A stretch of DNA of 64,000 bases from assembly GCA_965223545.1 (NCBI GenBank), contig OZ245006.1:4448001-4512000 (forward strand), written 5' to 3'. Made by a program: the position numbers and the translations under genes. The notes beneath the pieces are model-generated. The model was not told the origin of the DNA. It was given only the letters and a program-made list of their open reading frames with translations, and searched no databases. Source of the DNA: Planctomycetota bacterium. Its GTDB lineage: Bacteria > Planctomycetota > UBA1135 > UBA2386. Below are positions 59,034 to 64,000 of the stretch, piece by piece. How positions within the stretch are numbered: the stretch's first letter is position 1; each line of letters starts with the position of its first letter.

Positions 59034-60280
59034 CGGGGATCGCCATGCTGAGCACTCGAACCGAACGCACCGTCGACCGCGCCTGGTGGGCGCGCAGCGA
59101 CCTCCATCACGACTCCGGCGAGCTCTCGTTCGCGGGTCGACGCGTCGCGGACTTGGCGCGATCGGTGGGCACGCCCGCGTTCTTCTACAGCACCCAACGC
59201 GTCGAAGAGAACCTGAGGCGGTTGCACCGCGCGCTGGGTTCGGTGCACCGCCGCTGCCGCGTCTTCTACGCGATCAAGGCCAACCGCTACGCGCCGCTCT
59301 TGACGTGGATGAAGTCGACGGGGCTGTGTGGCGTGGACGTTTGCTCGCCGGGTGAGCTCCGGCACGCTCTGGCGGTCGGGTTTCGGCAAGACGAGATCTC
59401 CTACACTGCTTCCGGAATCGGCAGGGACGAGGTCGGGCTCCTCGGCGCCAACCCCGACGTGCTGGTCAATTGCGACGGGCTGGGCGCGCTGCGCCATCTC
59501 GGCGAGGCCTCCCCGGGGCGCGCGGTCGGCATTCGCATCAACCCGGCGCGCGGCACCGGCTACGGCACCAACCAAAAGCTCCGCTACAGCGGTCGGGCGA
59601 CCACCAAGTTCGGCATCTACCGAGACCAGTTCGACCAGGCGCTGCGCTGTGCCGAGCAGAGTGGCCTGGTGGTGCGGCGCATCCACCTGCATCTGGGTTG
59701 CGGCTACTTGGACGATCAGCTCGACGAGTGGGAGGCCGGCCTCGAGGCATGCCGGTGGTTCGTCGACCGGGTCCCGGGGCTGGAGGCGATCAACCTCGGC
59801 GGCGGGCTGGGAGTGCCGCACCGCGCCGGCGATCGGCCCCTGGACCTCGACCGCTGGGCCGGCGTCGTGCAGCGGTTCGTCGGTGGCCGCGACGTCGAGA
59901 TCCACGTCGAGCCCGGGGACTACGTCGTGAAGGACGCCGGCTTGCTCGGTGTTTCCGTCACCGCCGTGGAGCGCAAGCAGGAGACGGTGTTCGTCACCGT
60001 CGACGCCGGCTTCAACGTCGCCATCGAGCCCGCGTTCTACGGCCTGCCGTGCGAGCCCGTTGCCTGCTCGGCCGGCCCTGTGGCCGACCGCGTCACGATC
60101 GTCGGTCCGATCAACGAGGCGCTCGACGTCTGGGCCGCGGACGTGCCGATGCCTGGCGTCGCCGAGGGCGACGTCATCGCGCTGCTCAACTCTGGCGGCT
60201 ACGCCGCCTCGATGAGCTCCAACCACTGCCTGCGCGCGCGTGCTTGCCAATACCTGCTGTTCGCCGAGGCTCCGAGATGA
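59030..60280 (+). CDS. Fold-III PLP decarboxylase (LysA/DAPDC-like, substrate uncertain)
   Basis: FYAIKAN, S.GEL, TKFG, HLHLG, NLGGG, EPG, GGYAASMSS. INEALD replaces the usual CE(S/T)GD. Confidence 0.88.
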   Translation: MTGIAMLSTRTERTVDRAWWARSDLHHDSGELSFAGRRVADLARSVGTPAFFYSTQRVEENLRRLHRALGSVHRRCRVFYAIKANRYAPLLTWMKSTGLCGVDVCSPGELRHALAVGFRQDEISYTASGIGRDEVGLLGANPDVLVNCDGLGALRHLGEASPGRAVGIRINPARGTGYGTNQKLRYSGRATTKFGIYRDQFDQALRCAEQSGLVVRRIHLHLGCGYLDDQLDEWEAGLEACRWFVDRVPGLEAINLGGGLGVPHRAGDRPLDLDRWAGVVQRFVGGRDVEIHVEPGDYVVKDAGLLGVSVTAVERKQETVFVTVDAGFNVAIEPAFYGLPCEPVACSAGPVADRVTIVGPINEALDVWAADVPMPGVAEGDVIALLNSGGYAASMSSNHCLRARACQYLLFAEAPR

Positions 60281-61689
60281 CAGTGCTAGAACGCGACCCA
60301 CCGGGCGTGGCACGCCGGTGCGCGGACCACGAGATCGTCCGCCGCGACCTCTCCCACGTGCTCCACCCGTGGACCGACTTCTCCAGCCGGGACGACGCGC
60401 CGCTGGTCATCGTCAAGGGCGAGGGCTGTACGGTGGAGGACGCCAATGGCAACCGCTACCTCGACGCCATTGGCGGGATGTGGTGCGTCACCCTGGGCCA
60501 CGGGCGATCCGAGCTGGCCGACGCGATGGCGCAGCAGGCGAGGCAGCTCGCCTACTACACGCCGTTCGGAGCCATGGCCAACGCGCCGGCTGCCGAGCTC
60601 GCGGCCGAGCTGGCCGCCCTGGCTCCCGGCGACCTCAACCGCGTGCACTTCACCACCGGCGGTTCCACCGCGGTCGACTCGGCGATTCGGTTGGCGCACT
60701 ACTACTGGGCGAGCATCGGCCAACCCGCGCGGAAGCACATCATTTCGCGGTTGGACGCGTACCACGGCAGCACCTATCTGACGGCCTCGGTCAGCGGCAA
60801 GCAGTGCGACCGCACGCTCTTCCACTACGAGAGCGAGTTCGTGCACCACGTCAGCTCGCCGAATGCGTACTACCGGCGAGAGCATGCTTCGCCGGCAGAG
60901 CTGTGCGACGCGTTGGTCGCCGAGCTGGAGCAGAAGATCTTGGAGCTGGGTCCGGAGCGGGTGGCGTGCTTCATCGCCGAGCCCATCCTGGCGTCGGGCG
61001 GCGTGATCGTTCCACCGGTCGGCTACCAGCAACGCACGCAGGAGATCTGCCGCCGCTACGGCGTGCTCTACATCAGCGACGAGGTGGTGACCGGCTTCGG
61101 GCGGTTGGGGCACTTCTTCGCTTCCGAGCCCCGCTTCGGGGTCGTGCCGGACATGATCATCACCGCGAAGGGCCTGACGTCGGGCGCGATTCCGCTCGGC
61201 GCCTGCATCGTCTCCGACCGTATCCACGACACGATCGCGGCTGTCGACGATGGCATCTTCACCAACGGGTTCACCTACTCGGGCCACCCCGTGGCCTGCG
61301 CCGTGGCGCGCGCCAACATCGCGGTGATGCAGCGCGAGCGCATCTGCGAGCACGTGCGCGACGTCGGGCCTTACTTCATCCAGCGGCTCGAGGAGCTCCG
61401 GCGCTACGACATCGTCGGCGACGTGCGCGGCGATCATCTCATGGCGTGCATCGTCTGCGATGTCGACGGCCATCCGGACGCGGCCACCGCACGGGACATC
61501 GCGGTCGCCGGCCTGGTCGACGCCCATTGCCAGAAGCGAGGGCTCCTGGTGAGGCCCTACGAGAACTTGTGCATCCTGTCGCCCCCGCTCACCATCGATC
61601 GCGCGACCATCGATGCGATGGTGGATCTCCTGCACGCGTCGATCGCCGCGGCCGAGCGCGACCTCGGTGGCACGGCCCGGCCGAAATGA
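60277..61689 (+). CDS. Class III omega-amine aminotransferase
   Basis: YLDAIGGMWC..LGHG, AYHGS, FIAEP, DEVVTGFGR, AKGLTSG, GFTYSGHP. ATGA overlap with the decarboxylase stop. Confidence 0.92.
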   Translation: MTVLERDPPGVARRCADHEIVRRDLSHVLHPWTDFSSRDDAPLVIVKGEGCTVEDANGNRYLDAIGGMWCVTLGHGRSELADAMAQQARQLAYYTPFGAMANAPAAELAAELAALAPGDLNRVHFTTGGSTAVDSAIRLAHYYWASIGQPARKHIISRLDAYHGSTYLTASVSGKQCDRTLFHYESEFVHHVSSPNAYYRREHASPAELCDALVAELEQKILELGPERVACFIAEPILASGGVIVPPVGYQQRTQEICRRYGVLYISDEVVTGFGRLGHFFASEPRFGVVPDMIITAKGLTSGAIPLGACIVSDRIHDTIAAVDDGIFTNGFTYSGHPVACAVARANIAVMQRERICEHVRDVGPYFIQRLEELRRYDIVGDVRGDHLMACIVCDVDGHPDAATARDIAVAGLVDAHCQKRGLLVRPYENLCILSPPLTIDRATIDAMVDLLHASIAAAERDLGGTARPK

Positions 61690-61696
61690 CTCCGCC

Positions 61697-62089
61697 ATGA
61701 ACAGCAACGAACGCGTCGTCCGAGACTTCATCGCCGCGTGGTCGCGCTTGGACCACGACGAGCTCGCCGCCTACTTCACCGAAGATGGCGTCTACCACAA
61801 CATGCCGCTGGCCCCCGCGATCGGCCGCGACGCGGTCCGCGACCTGATCGAGAGCTTCACGTCGGGCTGGACCGGCACGACGTGGGAGGTGGTCAACGTC
61901 GCGGTTGCGGGCGACCTGGTCATCGCCGAACGGATCGACCACACCCGCGCGGTCGGCAGGTCGGTGGACTTGCCCTGCGTCGGCGTCTTCGAGTTGCAGG
62001 CGGGCAAGATCCGCTGCTGGCGCGACTACTTCGATCTCGACTCGTACCTGCGTGCGATGGAGCCGGCGAGCGACGCCCGCGTGCAGTGA
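61697..62089 (+). CDS. Limonene-1,2-epoxide hydrolase / SnoaL-like protein
   Basis: YHNMP, ERID, GVFE...GKI..WRDYFD. Confidence 0.88.
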   Translation: MNSNERVVRDFIAAWSRLDHDELAAYFTEDGVYHNMPLAPAIGRDAVRDLIESFTSGWTGTTWEVVNVAVAGDLVIAERIDHTRAVGRSVDLPCVGVFELQAGKIRCWRDYFDLDSYLRAMEPASDARVQ

Positions 62090-62192
62090 GGCGCAGTGAG
62101 GGGAGCACTTTTTTGGCTTCCCGCGTGACGCCGGCCACGGTGCTGCGGGTGTGGGGGCACCACTTCTTTTTTCAAACCGAACGAGCCGAACG

Positions 62193-62600
62193 ATGTTGTT
62201 CCCCATCCTGACGATTGCCGGTGGCCTGGTGGCCGCTTCCTCGCTGATCATCGCCCGCAAGCCGAACGCGCAACAGCTGTTCGACAAGGTCGCCCCGTAT
62301 CAGGGATTCCTCGGTGTCGGCCTGTTTGCCGTCGGTGTGTTGTGGGCGATTCGCGTGGTGCCGCACATCGGCGCGATCGCGTCGGCGCCGCTGACTCTTG
62401 GCCTCACCCTCGCCGCCATCGCGCTCGACCTCGGCCTGGGCTTTCTGCTCGGCTACGGCCTGCTCAACAAGTGGCTGCTCTCGAAGAACGAGGCGGCCAA
62501 GGCCAGAGGAGCGGAGATCCTCGCCAAGCTGGCCGTGGTGCAGGTGCCGTTGGGCTGCGCGGCCATGGCGTCGGGGATCGCGGTGCTGGTCGGGTTCTGA
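62193..62600 (+). CDS. Hypothetical membrane protein
   Basis: Four hydrophobic segments; coding-like codon pattern. Confidence 0.7.
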   Translation: MLFPILTIAGGLVAASSLIIARKPNAQQLFDKVAPYQGFLGVGLFAVGVLWAIRVVPHIGAIASAPLTLGLTLAAIALDLGLGFLLGYGLLNKWLLSKNEAAKARGAEILAKLAVVQVPLGCAAMASGIAVLVGF

Positions 62601-62625
62601 CGCGCGTCCCGACTCAGCCCTCCGG

Positions 62626-63516
62626 TCAAGCGGCCGCGGGCGCGGGATCGTAGAACTCGAGCAAGCGCTGCACCCGAGTCTGCGTCGCCGGATGCGTGCG
62701 CAGCCACTCCGGCACCGGCTCGACCTCCGCGTCGGGCAGCCGTTGGCGCCACCGCGTCCAGCGGCGCAGCTGATCGTGAAAGCGCTCGAGCTTGGTCAGT
62801 GCCGAGGCGAGCCCCAGCGGGTCGCTGGTCAGCTGCACCGCGCCGAGGTCGGCGCCGAACTCGCGCATGCGCGAGGCGGCGAAGCGCAGCGCCATCACCG
62901 CCATCGGCGCCGCCGCCAGCAGCGCGAGCGTCAGCCAGCGGACTCCGTCGGCGTCGATCAACAGCGGCAGGCCCAACAGCAGACTGAGGCCGCCGAGCCA
63001 GAACAACGAGTGGGTCAGCTTGGCCGCGGCGTCGAACACCGCCAGCAGCTTCAGGTCGCCATGGGCCAGGTGGCTGACTTCGTGCGCCAACACTCCGATC
63101 AGCTCGCGGTCGTCGAGGTAGCGCAGCAAGCCCTGGGTCACCGCGACGACCGGCTGCTCGGGCGTGCCCATGGCCATGGCGTTGAGATCGCCGCGCGGCA
63201 GCACGAAGACGTGCGGCGGCCGGGGCAGCTCGGCGCGGCGGGCCAGCGTGGTGACGGCGCGCGCCAGGCCGGAGCCGGGGGCGACCGGCTGTGCCCGCAT
63301 CCAGCGCAGCACCAGGCCCAACGGTGCGTGCTGCTTGCTGCCGAGGTAGAGCGCGCTGCCGACGGCGAGGACGATCAGGCCGAAGATGCCCGCGACCAGC
63401 CAGCCCAACAACGCCAACAAGCCGACGACCGCGGCGATCAAGAGCACGGTGCGCAGCGCGTTGCGCCGGCGGTGGCGGCGCAGCACCGCGGGGTCGAACC
63501 GGGGAAGTGAGCGCAC
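62626..63516 (-). CDS. M48 family (HtpX-like) zinc metalloprotease
   Basis: NAMA.G, GVLAHEVSH, SRMREFGAD, THP...R. Start uncertain. Confidence 0.9.
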   Translation of the reverse strand: MRSLPRFDPAVLRRHRRRNALRTVLLIAAVVGLLALLGWLVAGIFGLIVLAVGSALYLGSKQHAPLGLVLRWMRAQPVAPGSGLARAVTTLARRAELPRPPHVFVLPRGDLNAMAMGTPEQPVVAVTQGLLRYLDDRELIGVLAHEVSHLAHGDLKLLAVFDAAAKLTHSLFWLGGLSLLLGLPLLIDADGVRWLTLALLAAAPMAVMALRFAASRMREFGADLGAVQLTSDPLGLASALTKLERFHDQLRRWTRWRQRLPDAEVEPVPEWLRTHPATQTRVQRLLEFYDPAPAAA

Positions 63517-63577
63517 GGCCACAAGAGTGTAGCGACCACGAACGTACCGTGTCTGACTCGATTTTCTCGCTTCGCCC

Positions 63578-64000
63578 TCACCCGCGCCGCCACACCTCAA
63601 CGTCCACCCACCGCCGCGTCACCGCGTCCGCCGCCGCGTGCTCGGGCAGCGTCGCGACGTGCTCGAAGCCGCTGGCGGCGAGCGCCGTGCGCTTCCACGT
63701 CTGGCCCCGGTCACAGTGCGCGACGCAACGCGCGGACGACAGGGGCAGCGCGGCCAACAGCGCCGCCGCCGAAGCGACGAACGCCGGATGGCAGTGGACG
63801 TCGATCGTGCTCAAGCCCGGCCACGGGCCCTCGTCGCTCCGGTGGGCGACGCCGACCACGGCGCGCGGCGTGGTCTTGGCGAGAACGCTGGTCGCCGGCG
63901 GCGCGCCGCCAGCCATGCGCTCGGTGTGATCTTTGAGCATCGCCAAGAATGGACCTTCGCTCATCGCACGGCCGACGAGGCCGCGGCCGAGGCAGCGGAC
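63578..64000 (-). CDS. C-terminal part of a hypothetical, possibly GNAT-like protein; runs off the window edge
   Basis: Open to the window edge; VHCHP and LAASGFEHVATL resemble a GNAT C-terminus. Confidence 0.45.
   Translation of the reverse strand, partial: VRCLGRGLVGRAMSEGPFLAMLKDHTERMAGGAPPATSVLAKTTPRAVVGVAHRSDEGPWPGLSTIDVHCHPAFVASAAALLAALPLSSARCVAHCDRGQTWKRTALAASGFEHVATLPEHAAADAVTRRWVDVEVWRRG

Noticed and set aside
59030..60280. Calling the gene lysA
   Set aside because: The CE(S/T)GD motif is missing and the operon context suggests another substrate.
1..64000. CRISPR array, tRNA or rRNA genes
   Set aside because: No regularly spaced short repeats or recognisable RNA gene sequence seen by eye; a dedicated scan was not possible.

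Overview
GC-rich bacterial window, most consistent with an uncultured Planctomycetota lineage (PSD1/planctomycete-cytochrome-c plus DUF1501 pair, sulfatases, many secreted beta-propeller proteins). It holds about 45 CDS and no rRNA, tRNA or CRISPR array that I could see. Highlights: (1) a translationally coupled SET-domain (BurB-like) methyltransferase, LysA-like decarboxylase and class III aminotransferase at 58536-61689, matching the logic of methionine S-methylation routes to DMSP/sulfonium compounds; (2) an AhpD/CMD-like gene with an in-frame UGA in a CxxU motif followed by a SECIS-like hairpin (20636-21172); (3) five unrelated secreted proteins sharing a ~120-aa C-terminal module, a candidate lineage-specific sorting domain; (4) a ~7 kb integrase-less island bracketed by a 158-bp duplication of an RluA-family gene end, containing an intact ISKra4-like IS that splits an M11-like protease; (5) an AKR/aminotransferase/radical SAM (CX5CX2C) operon with Ig-like domains, bracketed by a duplicated tail-collar gene end and a CTAG MITE; (6) a dispersed ~200-bp hairpin repeat with a compensatory base change; (7) a PilT with an N-terminal MshEN-like domain. 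All family calls come from motif recognition by eye, not database searches.
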